In this document: piece by piece, positions 18,196 to 27,673 of the stretch
Position numbering within the stretch: the stretch's first letter is position 1
Layout: each line of letters starts with the position of its first letter
Notes under the pieces: model-generated
Seen by the model: the letters and a program-made list of their open reading frames with translations, nothing else
Told to the model about the DNA's origin: nothing
Database searches by the model: none
Source: Myxococcota bacterium
GTDB taxonomy: Bacteria; Myxococcota_A; UBA796; GCA-2862545
Assembly: GCA_039208735.1 (NCBI GenBank)
Contig: JBCCQY010000061.1
Location: 1 to 44,720 of the forward strand
DNA length: 44,720 bases
Direction: 5' to 3'
Translations under genes and position numbers: made by a program

Positions 18196-19526
18196 TGTTT
18201 CCCTTCTTCTTGGCCTCGATCGCCGGAGCAGGTGTCATCGACGCGTTCGAGGATCGTCCCTCGCCGCCGACCGTGACGTACTCCGGCGCATTCAACGCAG
18301 CGCCGGTGTTTCACTTCCATAAGCAACTTCCGGGGCCTGCATTCGAGCCCGTCGATCTCAAGCTGGCTTCCATTCCCTCGGGAGTGGCCGAGCCGGCTGA
18401 AGAGAGCGGCCCGGCGGACGGGATGAAGATCACCATTCCGCCACGCGCCGCGGCAACCCCGTCCACCTCCCATTCGGAATGGACGGATCCTGTCATTCAG
18501 GGCCCCCACATCTTTGTGGGATCGGCTCTGGGTCAAGGGCTGTTCGCCCTGTCACGACGCGATGGCAGCACCGTTCGGATCTTCCCCTCCCGTCAGTCCG
18601 TGGAGTCTCGGCCCACCATCGAGGGCGAACGGCTCTATTTCAGCGATACGGGGGGCACCACCTACGCCTACAACCTCGACGGCACGGCCCGTTGGGTTCA
18701 TAAGGGCCGGGCCCCCATCGTCACTGCACCCAGTGTGGTCGGTGATCTGGTGATCGTCACCAACGTCGACGACCTCGTGGTGGCCTTGTCGGCCGAAACG
18801 GGCGTGCTCGAGTGGCAGTATCGGGCCGAGCCGGACTTGACTCGCGCTGCGGAACTGGCCCTGTTTGCGGCGCCGCAGGCAGTCGTGCGAGACAACGAGG
18901 TCATTCTTGGGTTTTCAACCGGTGCCATCGTCGCCCTCGACAAGGTGACGGGCGAAGTTCAATGGCGCCGTGGCGTCGGTGAAGGCCGCTACCCCGATAT
19001 CGTTGCTGATCCCGTGGTCATCGGCGACGAGCTGTTCACGAGCGGCTACTACCGACCGCTCGTCGCCATGGACCTTCAAACCCGCGATGTGCGCTGGCGA
19101 CTCGATCGCGGCGCTGCGCATCCCGTGGCCACACGACGGACCGATGACGACGTGGTGACGCTTTATCTTCCGTCCTCGGACGGTCAGCTGCTCGCGGTCG
19201 CCGCCCGCACCGGTGAAGTCCTGTGGACCTGGGATTCCGGCACGACGGGAGCCCTCACCACGCCAGTCTTCACCGAAGCAGGCATGGTCGTCGCATCGTC
19301 GGAAGGTGCGGTCTACATCGTCGATCCGGAAAACGGCTTCGAACGGTGGCGATGGGCCGAACCCTATCTACTACGTGGCGTTTCGTCCGTGCCTGCTGTG
19401 GATGGTCGTCAGTTGGTGTTCGTCTCGAACAGCGGCAAGCTCTACAGCATGCTCGTGCCGAAACCAATCCGGCGCCGCAGCCCGCGTCGTCACGACCGAT
19501 TCGGTCTTCGCACGCCCGAAGGCTGA
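18195..19526 (+). CDS. PQQ-like beta-propeller protein (BamB-like)
   Basis: Repeated ALD..TG...W motifs (ALSAETGVLEW, ALDKVTGEVQW, AVAARTGEVLW). ATG overlaps the upstream TGA (TGATG). Confidence 0.8.
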   Translation: MFPFFLASIAGAGVIDAFEDRPSPPTVTYSGAFNAAPVFHFHKQLPGPAFEPVDLKLASIPSGVAEPAEESGPADGMKITIPPRAAATPSTSHSEWTDPVIQGPHIFVGSALGQGLFALSRRDGSTVRIFPSRQSVESRPTIEGERLYFSDTGGTTYAYNLDGTARWVHKGRAPIVTAPSVVGDLVIVTNVDDLVVALSAETGVLEWQYRAEPDLTRAAELALFAAPQAVVRDNEVILGFSTGAIVALDKVTGEVQWRRGVGEGRYPDIVADPVVIGDELFTSGYYRPLVAMDLQTRDVRWRLDRGAAHPVATRRTDDDVVTLYLPSSDGQLLAVAARTGEVLWTWDSGTTGALTTPVFTEAGMVVASSEGAVYIVDPENGFERWRWAEPYLLRGVSSVPAVDGRQLVFVSNSGKLYSMLVPKPIRRRSPRRHDRFGLRTPEG

Positions 19527-19601
19527 ACGGGGGGGGGACACCGCAGGCCATCAACGGCGACGAATGGGAAGGACCAAGGCGGCCAGAGAGGCCACGGCAG
19601 C

Positions 19602-19847
19602 TCATTCGCCTTCGGCGTCGCCTGCTAGCTGCTCTTCGTCTTTCTTGCCCCGACGAGGCAACGCCGCGAGCAATGCGGAGAAGCTGCCCATCACGATGGC
19701 AATATCGTCAAGCCAACCGACGACGGGAAGGGCGACCTCGGACACCAGGTCAACCGGCGAAATGAGGTACAGCAGGGAAAATAGCAGAATGACTACGCGA
19801 ATGAAGATGCCCTTGGGCTTTCCCTTCGCAGCTCCCTTGCTCATCAT
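19602..19847 (-). CDS. YkvA/DUF1232 family small membrane protein
   Basis: YLISPVDLV.E...VVGWLDD signature. Confidence 0.85.
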   Translation of the reverse strand: MMSKGAAKGKPKGIFIRVVILLFSLLYLISPVDLVSEVALPVVGWLDDIAIVMGSFSALLAALPRRGKKDEEQLAGDAEGE

Positions 19848-19906
19848 CGCTCCCGCTTCTAGCTGGCCCACCGTAACACCCCTGGCCCCCCCGATCCGAG
19901 GTTCTC

Positions 19907-21172
19907 ATGAATGACGCGGAAAACTTGAATGCGACCCTGGCACGCGAGCTTCCCGTCGCGTTCCGATGCCTGTCGCCTCTCGGACGTCGGGTAGCATTTC
20001 CGCGCGGTATCCCCTTCCAAGCTGCGCAAGCCAAGCATGCGCCCATCAACGCGACGATCGGTCAGATCACTGACGGATCCGGACAACCCTTGCCTCTCGG
20101 GCCGTTGGCCCCTTTGGCCCAGACGCTCGACGCTCGACGAGCCTTCCTGTACACCCCCATCGATGGTCCCGCAGACCTCGACGATGCCTGGCAGGCACGG
20201 CAACATCGTCTCGCGAACAACCCTTCGGTGAGCACGAGCCGGCCGGTGGTCACCCACGGCCTGACCCATGCCATGTCCATTGTGGCCGATCTGTTCGTGG
20301 ACGACGAAACCGATGTGGTGTTGTCGAACCCGTATTGGGAGAACTACGACCTGCTGTTCGGCCTGCGCGCTCGTCCTCGATTCATCCGGTACGACGCCTT
20401 CCGTGAAGGGCGATTCAATGTCGAAGGGCTCGGCGATGCGCTCGCCCAGGTGCGCAACAAGGCTGTCGTCGTCTTGAATTTCCCTGGAAATCCCACCGGT
20501 TACCAGCCCACCCCCGATGAGGCACGCGCGATTGCCGCCATCCTTCACGCCCACCAGGGGCCTGCGGTAGTGGTTTCCGACGATGCCTACCAGGGTTGGG
20601 TGTACGCCGAAGGTCGACAGACCCGGTCAGTGTTCTGGGAGATCGCTGATGGTGCCGATCTCGAACGGCTCCTGCCCATCAAGGTCGATGGCGCTACCAA
20701 GGAGCTGGTGTTCTTTGCGTCGCGCGTCGGGTTTCTTGCCCACCGGACAGGTGGCGAAGCCGCTGATCTTGCCCTGCGATCCAAGATTAAGGCGGTCATT
20801 CGAGGCACGGTGGGCAGCGCGTCAGGGCCCGCTCTCGACATGGTCGCCAAAGCACTTGCTGCGCCCGACCTTGAGGCGGCCTTCGAAGCCAAACGACGCA
20901 TTTTGGCCGAGCGGTGGGCGACCTTACGTGAAGCGCTACAGGGGTTGCCTGCGAACCGAGCCACCGTCTATCCGTTCCACGGCGCATTCTTCGGCCTCTT
21001 GCAGCTCGCCCCTGACCTCAATGCGGAGCAGCTGCGCCAACGCCTGATTGCCGAGCACGGCGTGGGCACCATCGCGTTCCCTGACGTCAATGCCCTTCGC
21101 GTAGCCTTCTGCTCGATCGCTAACGAGCGCTTGCCCGAGGTGGGGCAGGCCCTTGCGAAGGCCCTCCTCTAG
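19907..21172 (+). CDS. PLP-dependent aminotransferase class I/II
   Basis: NATIG, PYWENY, LNFPGNPTGY, DDAY and PLP-lysine motif KVDGATKE...RVGF. GAGG RBS. Confidence 0.9.
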   Translation: MNDAENLNATLARELPVAFRCLSPLGRRVAFPRGIPFQAAQAKHAPINATIGQITDGSGQPLPLGPLAPLAQTLDARRAFLYTPIDGPADLDDAWQARQHRLANNPSVSTSRPVVTHGLTHAMSIVADLFVDDETDVVLSNPYWENYDLLFGLRARPRFIRYDAFREGRFNVEGLGDALAQVRNKAVVVLNFPGNPTGYQPTPDEARAIAAILHAHQGPAVVVSDDAYQGWVYAEGRQTRSVFWEIADGADLERLLPIKVDGATKELVFFASRVGFLAHRTGGEAADLALRSKIKAVIRGTVGSASGPALDMVAKALAAPDLEAAFEAKRRILAERWATLREALQGLPANRATVYPFHGAFFGLLQLAPDLNAEQLRQRLIAEHGVGTIAFPDVNALRVAFCSIANERLPEVGQALAKALL

Positions 21173-23754
21173 CTGACTTTCCCCGATAGAAGGCCGCGCA
21201 ACTCGTAGACCAGTTCCATGGCTTGGCGCGGGGACAGGTCATCGGGATCGACGCCCGCGAGTCGGTCCCGCACGGGGTCTGGCTCGGGTTTGGCCACCTC
21301 AGGCACGGCGCTTTCCGACGTGGGAGGCGGCCCCCCTGCAGCAAACAACGTCAGTTGGCGCCGTTCAGCCAGCGGTTGACGTTCTTCGAACTGGCTCAGA
21401 AGCGCATTTGCACGATCGATGACCGGGCCCGGCAAACCCGCGATGCGAGCGCACTGGATGCCGTAGCTGCGGCTTGCGCCACCGGCCTTTAGTCGACGAA
21501 GAAACAAGATTTGACCATCAACTTCGGTGACCGCCACCGACTGATTGGCCACCGTTCCCCGCACCTCGGCCAGCTCACACAGCTCATGGTAGTGCGTGGC
21601 GAACAGTGCTCGACATTGCACACGATCGACCAGATCTTCTGCCACGGCCCACGCAATGGCCAACCCGTCGTACGTCGAGGTGCCGCGACCGATCTCATCG
21701 AGCACCACCAAAGACCGGTCCGTCGCATGCTGGAGGATCGACGCCGTCTCTGACATTTCAACCATGAATGTCGATTGCCCGCGGCGCAGGTCATCCGCCG
21801 CTCCCACCCGGGTGAACACCCGGTCGCACACACCGATGTGAGCGCCATCGGCAGGGACAAAGGAGCCCATTTGGGCAAGCACCGCAATGATGGCCGTCTG
21901 GCGCAACACCGTCGACTTGCCGCTCATGTTGGGGCCGGTGAGCACGATCAGCGACCGGTGTTCGGGATCGAGCCGTACGTCATTGGGAACGAACCGTTCT
22001 TCGTCCAATGCGGCTTCGACCATCGGGTGACGCCCGGCTCGAATGTCCAATTGCTGAGACGCATCCACCGTGGGCTGAACCCACCGACGCATCGCCGCGA
22101 CCTCAGCTAAGGAGGCTAAGGCGTCGAGCCCGGCCAGAGCGCGGGCCAAGGTCAATAGCCGAGCGGACTCGGCCGACACCCGCTGTCGCAATTCGACAAA
22201 CCGCTCGTACTCGAGCGCACGCCGGCGTTCATCCGCGCCGAGCACCTTCTCCTCGAGTTCCTTGAGTTCCGGCGTGATGTACCGTTCGCAGTTCGACAGC
22301 GTCTGCTTGCGGAGGAAGCGGTCGGGCACTTTGTGGAGGTGGGCGCTCGTCACTTCGAGGAAGTAGCCAAACACTCGGTTCCGCTTGATCTTCAAGGACG
22401 GGATGCCCGTTTTTTCCTGTTCCTCCGCCTCGAGCTTCGCGATGATCGAAACGCCATCGAGGGCCAACCGATGCAACTCGGCAAGTTCAGGGTCGGCCTC
22501 GGGACGAATCATGCCGCCTTCGGTCATGGACTGCGGCGGGTCGTCGACCAACCACGTCGCCAGATCTTGCGTCACGTCGTCCACCAGGTCGGTGGGGCGA
22601 TGGCTGTCGAGGACCGCGAGCCCAGCAATGGCCTGGAGGACTTTTGGCGCGGCCTGTAACGAGCGGAGGAGCGCAGCGAGGTCGCGAGCGTGGGCCGTGG
22701 CCTGACTAATGCGCGCTCCAATGCGGGGGATGTCCACAATCTCGGACAGCGCTGCACGAAGGTCGCGACGAGCGGGCGCCTCGGTCACCAAGGCCGCCAC
22801 ACACCCCTGTCGGGCCTCGATATCGGTTGTCGCGAGGAGCGGAGAGGCCACCCAGTCGCCCAGCGTGCGGGCTCCCATGGGAGTCTGGGTCTTGTCGATG
22901 AGATCGAGTAGGGAACCGCGGCGTCGTTGACCAATCAGCGTACGTGCCAGTTCTAAGTTTCGCCGTGTTGCCTCGTCGATCACCATGAAGGCGTGGGGCG
23001 TATACGCTTCGACCCCGTGAACGTTTGAGAGGTCTCCCCCAAGCTGCTCCCGGGCGTAGCGCAACACCGCTCCGGCACAGACCCGGGCCACGGTGCCAAG
23101 ATCGACGGGCACCACTCCCACGGTTGCCGCGAGCTCGTCGGTGGCCGCCTGCGGCTCCCAGGCCTCGGCGTCGACCTCACTGACCAAGCGCACCTGCCGC
23201 GAAACAGCGCGGACAACGGAGCTAGGAACCCCAGGGCCAAACAGCGCTTCACGAGGCTCGAGGCGCTCCACCTCGGCCAGGACATGTGCGTCCTGCGACA
23301 ACTCCGCCACCCGCAGGTCGCCTGTCGAGACCTCGAGAAACGCCACCCCGTAGGCCTGCTCGTGCCGCGCCACGGCGACGAGCCAGGTGCGTTGCTGGGC
23401 GGGGAGGGCCCGAGGGTCGTAGGTGACCCCAGGGGTCACCACCCTGACGATACGACGCTCCACGAGTCCCTTTTTGGGTACCTCGCCGACCTGCTCCGCG
23501 ATCGCGACCCGATGCCCAGCCTCGGTGAGGCGCTCGATGTAGTTGGCGACCGAATGATGGGGAACCCCAGCCATCGGAATGGGTTCTGGATCGTGCTTGT
23601 TGCGAGCGGTCAGGGCGATGTCGAGGATCGGCGCCGCGATCACGGCGTCGTCGTGAAACATCTCGTAGAAGTCGCCCATACGGAACAGCAAGATGGCATC
23701 CGGCACCGAGGCTTTGAGCGAGTGGTACTGGTCCATCATTGATGTCGCGGTCAC
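21169..23754 (-). CDS. mutS: DNA mismatch repair protein MutS
   Basis: LFRMGDFYEMF, PMAGVP, TGPNMSGKST, GQSTFMVEM, DEIGRGTST, FATHYHEL and SYGI. Confidence 0.98.
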   Translation of the reverse strand: MTATSMMDQYHSLKASVPDAILLFRMGDFYEMFHDDAVIAAPILDIALTARNKHDPEPIPMAGVPHHSVANYIERLTEAGHRVAIAEQVGEVPKKGLVERRIVRVVTPGVTYDPRALPAQQRTWLVAVARHEQAYGVAFLEVSTGDLRVAELSQDAHVLAEVERLEPREALFGPGVPSSVVRAVSRQVRLVSEVDAEAWEPQAATDELAATVGVVPVDLGTVARVCAGAVLRYAREQLGGDLSNVHGVEAYTPHAFMVIDEATRRNLELARTLIGQRRRGSLLDLIDKTQTPMGARTLGDWVASPLLATTDIEARQGCVAALVTEAPARRDLRAALSEIVDIPRIGARISQATAHARDLAALLRSLQAAPKVLQAIAGLAVLDSHRPTDLVDDVTQDLATWLVDDPPQSMTEGGMIRPEADPELAELHRLALDGVSIIAKLEAEEQEKTGIPSLKIKRNRVFGYFLEVTSAHLHKVPDRFLRKQTLSNCERYITPELKELEEKVLGADERRRALEYERFVELRQRVSAESARLLTLARALAGLDALASLAEVAAMRRWVQPTVDASQQLDIRAGRHPMVEAALDEERFVPNDVRLDPEHRSLIVLTGPNMSGKSTVLRQTAIIAVLAQMGSFVPADGAHIGVCDRVFTRVGAADDLRRGQSTFMVEMSETASILQHATDRSLVVLDEIGRGTSTYDGLAIAWAVAEDLVDRVQCRALFATHYHELCELAEVRGTVANQSVAVTEVDGQILFLRRLKAGGASRSYGIQCARIAGLPGPVIDRANALLSQFEERQPLAERRQLTLFAAGGPPPTSESAVPEVAKPEPDPVRDRLAGVDPDDLSPRQAMELVYELRGLLSGKVS

Positions 23755-24977
23755 GTTGCTCTCCGGAGTCGGCAGCCGAAATGGGCATCCTCACCCTGGG
23801 TGGGGGGCGCGGTCTCGCGGGTGGCCTCGACGCGAAACATCGGATGGGCAGCCACAAAGTCGGCGATGACCTCCGCCCCCTCTTCGGGTTCGGGCGAACA
23901 TACTGCGTACACCAGCGCTCCGCCCGGACGGACGAGTTGGCTTACCGTCGCCAGCAAGGATCGTTGCCGCTTGGCGAGGTGTTCGAGGTCGGCGGGCTGC
24001 CTGCGCCACCGCACCTCGGGATGTCGACGCAACGTGCCCAACGCCGTGCAAGGTGCATCGGCAAGAACCACGTCGTAATCAGGGCTCAAAGCCCCCGTGC
24101 CGGAGGTCCAATCGTGGCAGGTCGTCTCGACGGAAAGGTTGAGACGAGCCGCTCCCTCTCGAACTTTGGCCAACCGATCCTCGTCGCGATCTACGGCGTG
24201 CACCCGGGCCCCCCGGCTCACCAACCGAAAGGCCTTGGCACCCGGCGCCGCAAAGGCATCCAGGATGTGGAGGCCCTTGGCCTCTTGCACGAGATCGGCC
24301 ATCTGAACTGCGGCGGCGTCCTGGATCCACCAAGCGCCTGCTTCGTAGCCCCGCCATGACTCGACTCGCGCCGACGATGCACCGGACCGATACACCCCTG
24401 CCAACGCTGGCAGAGGCGCCAACTCGTCGGGCCTCTCTTCCGCCGCGAGGGGCTGCTCCGGGTCACGAGCGACCACAAACAGTGGCGGAGGCTCCGCCGC
24501 CTCGGTGGCCCAGGCCGCGGCCGCCTCGGCTCCGTAGCGCTCGACCCAGCGTTCCCAAAGCCAGTCGGGAAGGTTGTGGGACTCGGCTTCGCGTAGATTC
24601 TTGGCGGGCCCTACCCGGCGCATGACTGCGTTGACCAGTCCGGATGCACGCTTCGGCCCGATCGCCTTCATGACTTCGACCGCCTGATGGACGGCCGCGT
24701 GGGGGCGCGTGCGTGCAAACAGGCGTTCGAACGCACCAAGCCGCAGCACCGCCCGGACCGCGGGGTCAAGACCGGTGAGGGGACGGGTCAACCGAGGGCG
24801 CAACGCCGCGTCGACCTCGCCTCGACGTCGGGTCACCCCGTACGCAAGAAACCAGGCCAAGTCGCGGTCCGCGCCCGCAACCGACGCGGCCACCAAGGCT
24901 TGATCCAAATGGGCCCCTTCCTCGACGGCGATCAAGGCGCGCGCCGCGGCGAGGCGAGCCGGGCTCGAAGTGCTCAA
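23751..24977 (-). CDS. rsmB: 16S rRNA m5C967 methyltransferase RsmB/Sun with NusB-like N-terminal domain
   Basis: N-terminal LRLGAFE...HAAVHQAVE...VNAVMR, IQD, AAPGAK, DAPC..LG.LRRHPE and YAVCS. Confidence 0.88.
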   Translation of the reverse strand: MSTSSPARLAAARALIAVEEGAHLDQALVAASVAGADRDLAWFLAYGVTRRRGEVDAALRPRLTRPLTGLDPAVRAVLRLGAFERLFARTRPHAAVHQAVEVMKAIGPKRASGLVNAVMRRVGPAKNLREAESHNLPDWLWERWVERYGAEAAAAWATEAAEPPPLFVVARDPEQPLAAEERPDELAPLPALAGVYRSGASSARVESWRGYEAGAWWIQDAAAVQMADLVQEAKGLHILDAFAAPGAKAFRLVSRGARVHAVDRDEDRLAKVREGAARLNLSVETTCHDWTSGTGALSPDYDVVLADAPCTALGTLRRHPEVRWRRQPADLEHLAKRQRSLLATVSQLVRPGGALVYAVCSPEPEEGAEVIADFVAAHPMFRVEATRETAPPTQGEDAHFGCRLRRAT

Positions 24978-24981
24978 CCGT

Positions 24982-25443
24982 TTACCAGTTACGAGTCTGC
25001 GTCTCGGGGTCCGCGTCGGCCGGTACCGGCTCCGGAGTCACGCGCTCGGAGGGGCGGTTGGCGGTCGTGCGAATGGGCGTCGCGATGTTGGTGACAGGCT
25101 CTTCACGCTTGCTCGTCGCGGACTTGGACCTGCGGGACGAAATCGTGGGCCGCAGCGCAAGCTCATGACGCAACGCCCGAACCTTGCGACCACTCCGGAC
25201 GGCTTGCCAAACGAGGAGCGAGAAGCCCGAAATCAATCCCAACAGAAAGCTCACCCCCATCAGGAGCAACACAGGAAGGGGCTGCCCCGTGGTGGGGTGG
25301 ACAAAGGCCCAACGACGCGGTGGGTACGGCAACTCGAGCGAAAGCTCGGCGGTATGGCCGCTGTTCTGGACGATGAACAGTCCGAGGAACAGCGCCCCCA
25401 CGACAACGAAAAACGCTGCCACCGTGCCAAACACCCAACGCAT
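24982..25443 (-). CDS. LapA (DUF1049)-domain membrane protein
   Basis: TM-F.VQN....LSL...P...LL...FLLG-TM followed by a coiled coil. Located downstream of rpsA, as lapA usually is. Confidence 0.62.
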   Translation of the reverse strand: MRWVFGTVAAFFVVVGALFLGLFIVQNSGHTAELSLELPYPPRRWAFVHPTTGQPLPVLLLMGVSFLLGLISGFSLLVWQAVRSGRKVRALRHELALRPTISSRRSKSATSKREEPVTNIATPIRTTANRPSERVTPEPVPADADPETQTRNW

Positions 25444-25452
25444 CGTAGCCAA

Positions 25453-27468
25453 TCAGAGATCCGCGGCCGGAGGGTCGTCGTCAGAGGCGCCGGGGTCTTC
25501 GGTCGCCATTGGCTCTTCACTCGGCGCTTCTTCAGCCACCGGTGCTTCTTCAGCCACCGGTGCGGCCATTTGTGCTTCTTCCGCCACCGGTGCAGCCATC
25601 TGTGCTTCTTCCGACGCTTCTTCAGCCATCGGTGCTTCTACACCCATCGGCGCTTCTACACCCATCGGCGCTTCTACACCCATCGGTGCTTCTACACCCA
25701 TCGGTGCTTCGTCGCCCATCGGCGCTTCCCCGGCCATGGGCTCCTCGCCGTCGTCGGTCTTCGACTGCAGCTTGCGAGAGAGGTCGCCCATCACGTCACC
25801 GAGGCGCGTCGAGGCATCGCCCTGACGCTGCACGTAGCCCTCGACATCGCCGGCCTCGCGCTCAAGCGCGCCACGCTCCGAAAGCGAAATCTTGCGATCA
25901 TGGCTGTCGACGTGGATAATTTCGGCGCGAATGGCCTTGTTGTCGGGGTACTGGGTCTGCCAGTCGTCGGCGTCGTACGCGAGTTCCGAGAGGTGAACGA
26001 GGCCTTCGACCCCGTCCTCGATCTCGACGAAGATGCCGAAGTCAGCTCGGTGCACGACCGGACCTTCGACCACCTGGCCGAGGAAGAACCGGCTGTGAAC
26101 CGTGTACCAGGGGTCTTCCGACAGCTGCTTGATGCCCAGTGAGAAGCGTTCGCCTTCCTTGTCGATGGCCAACACGCGGGCTTCGACTTCGTCGCCCTTC
26201 TGGTAGCGCTCGGAGGGGTGCTTGATGCGCTGGCCCCAGGACAAGTCGCTGATGTGGACGAGGCCGTCGATGCCTTCATCGATGCCCACAAAGATACCGA
26301 AGTCCGTGATGTTGCGGACCTTGCCCCGAACGATCGAGCCAACCGGGTACTGCTGCTCGACGACGTCCCAGGGGTTGGTTTCAAGCTGCTTCATGCCGAG
26401 GCTGATGCGCTTTTCGTCAACATCCATGCCGAGGACCTTGGCCTCGATGATGTCGCCCACCGCAACGAGCTTGCTCGGATGCTTGATGCGCTTGTTCCAC
26501 GTCATCTCGGAAATGTGCACAAGGCCCTCGATGCCGTCCTCGAGTTCGATGAACGCACCGTAGTCGGGGATGGACACGACCTTGCCGCGAACGATCGCAC
26601 CGACCGGGTACTTGTACTCGGCCTCTTCCCACGGATCGGGCCGAATCTGCTTGTAGCCAAGGGACACACGCTTCGAATCGGGATCGAACTTGAGGACCTT
26701 GACCTCAACCGATTGGCCAACTTCGAACATCTCGCTCGGATGCGTCAAACGGCCGTAGGTCATGTCGGTGATGTGAAGCAGGCCGTCGATGCCGCCAAAG
26801 TCCACGAACGCACCGTAGTCCGTGATGTTCTTGACCACGCCCATCATGATGGCCCCGATCTGCAGGCGTTCGATGGTCTCTTCACGCTTCTCGGCGCGCT
26901 CCTGCTCAAGGAGCACGCGACGCGAAAGAACGATGTTGCCGCGCTTCTTGTTGAACTTGATGATCTTGAAGTCGAACTCTTCGCCGATCAGCTTGTCGAG
27001 GTTCTTCACGGGGCGAAGATCGACCTGGCTGCCGGGAAGGAAGGCCTTGACGCCAATGTCGACCTGCAGGCCACCCTTCACCCGTGCGATGACCGAGCCC
27101 TTGACGACTTCGTCGGCTTCGACCGCCTTCGAAATTTCGTCCCAGGCCCGCATCAGATCGGCCTTCTCCTTCGACAGGATGAGGGCGCCGTCTTCCTCTT
27201 CCATCGTGTCGAGGTAGACTTCAACCTCGTCGCCAACCGTGATGGTGAGTTCGCCTTCGGCCGTCTTGAACTCGTTGACGGGAATCAGCCCTTCGGCCTT
27301 GTAGCTGATGTCGACCGTGACCCAGTCGTCCGAAATCCCGATGACGCGGCCCTTCACCACTGACTTTTCGCGTACGCCCTTCTCTCCCATAAAATCGTCG
27401 AAGAAGGACTTGAATTGGTCGTCGCTGATCTGATTGAGCGGAAGGTCCACAATGTTGGGATCGGTCAT
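25453..27468 (-). CDS. rpsA: 30S ribosomal protein S1 with acidic repeat tail
   Basis: Six S1 repeats (AFLPGSQVD, DYGAFVD.GGIDGLLHITD, EGLVHISE, DGLVHISD). Start set at MTDPN (27468). cmk lies upstream. Confidence 0.97.
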   Translation of the reverse strand: MTDPNIVDLPLNQISDDQFKSFFDDFMGEKGVREKSVVKGRVIGISDDWVTVDISYKAEGLIPVNEFKTAEGELTITVGDEVEVYLDTMEEEDGALILSKEKADLMRAWDEISKAVEADEVVKGSVIARVKGGLQVDIGVKAFLPGSQVDLRPVKNLDKLIGEEFDFKIIKFNKKRGNIVLSRRVLLEQERAEKREETIERLQIGAIMMGVVKNITDYGAFVDFGGIDGLLHITDMTYGRLTHPSEMFEVGQSVEVKVLKFDPDSKRVSLGYKQIRPDPWEEAEYKYPVGAIVRGKVVSIPDYGAFIELEDGIEGLVHISEMTWNKRIKHPSKLVAVGDIIEAKVLGMDVDEKRISLGMKQLETNPWDVVEQQYPVGSIVRGKVRNITDFGIFVGIDEGIDGLVHISDLSWGQRIKHPSERYQKGDEVEARVLAIDKEGERFSLGIKQLSEDPWYTVHSRFFLGQVVEGPVVHRADFGIFVEIEDGVEGLVHLSELAYDADDWQTQYPDNKAIRAEIIHVDSHDRKISLSERGALEREAGDVEGYVQRQGDASTRLGDVMGDLSRKLQSKTDDGEEPMAGEAPMGDEAPMGVEAPMGVEAPMGVEAPMGVEAPMAEEASEEAQMAAPVAEEAQMAAPVAEEAPVAEEAPSEEPMATEDPGASDDDPPAADL
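25526..25739. repeat. In-frame tandem repeats in the rpsA 3' tail
   Basis: 18-bp unit CCATCGG(T/C)GCTTCTACAC x4 plus 2 degenerate copies (25626-25733). 30-bp unit x2 (25553-25612). 18-bp GCTTCTTCAGCCACCGGT x2 (25526-25561). Confidence 0.92.
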
Positions 27469-27609
27469 GTAGAGAAACCTGTTGCCGTGCACATCGGGCC
27501 AACCCCCTTGGGTGTGGGAGCCGGTGTGGAAGGAGTGAGAGTTTGGAGGTCGGCGCTCCCGGGGAGCACACGACGGCTGGCCGCCGCACAGTACGCGCAG
27601 CGGACTTGA

Positions 27610-27638
27610 GCAGTATCTGCCCGTCACTGCCCTGTCAA
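27610..27638 (-). promoter_or_regulatory. Putative sigma-70 promoter of rpsA
   Basis: Perfect TTGACA (27638-27633) followed by GATACT (15-nt spacer) or TACTGC (17-nt spacer). The -10 element is imperfect. Confidence 0.5.
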
Positions 27639-27673
27639 TAAGGTTCCAGCCCGGTCGCCGGCCGACGATCCCA

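Noticed and set aside
25526..25739. Tandem repeats as a possible CRISPR array
   Set aside because: There are no unique spacers, unit lengths are multiples of 3 inside a CDS, and no cas genes are present.
24970..27363. Long + strand ORFs (390 aa and 381 aa) antisense to rpsA/lapA, one with HRRFYT repeats
   Set aside because: These are shadow ORFs from high-GC codon bias. The repeats are just the reverse reading of the S1 tail repeats.
27469..27627. 53-aa N-terminal extension of S1 in the ORF track
   Set aside because: It overlaps the probable promoter and structured leader and has non-protein-like composition.
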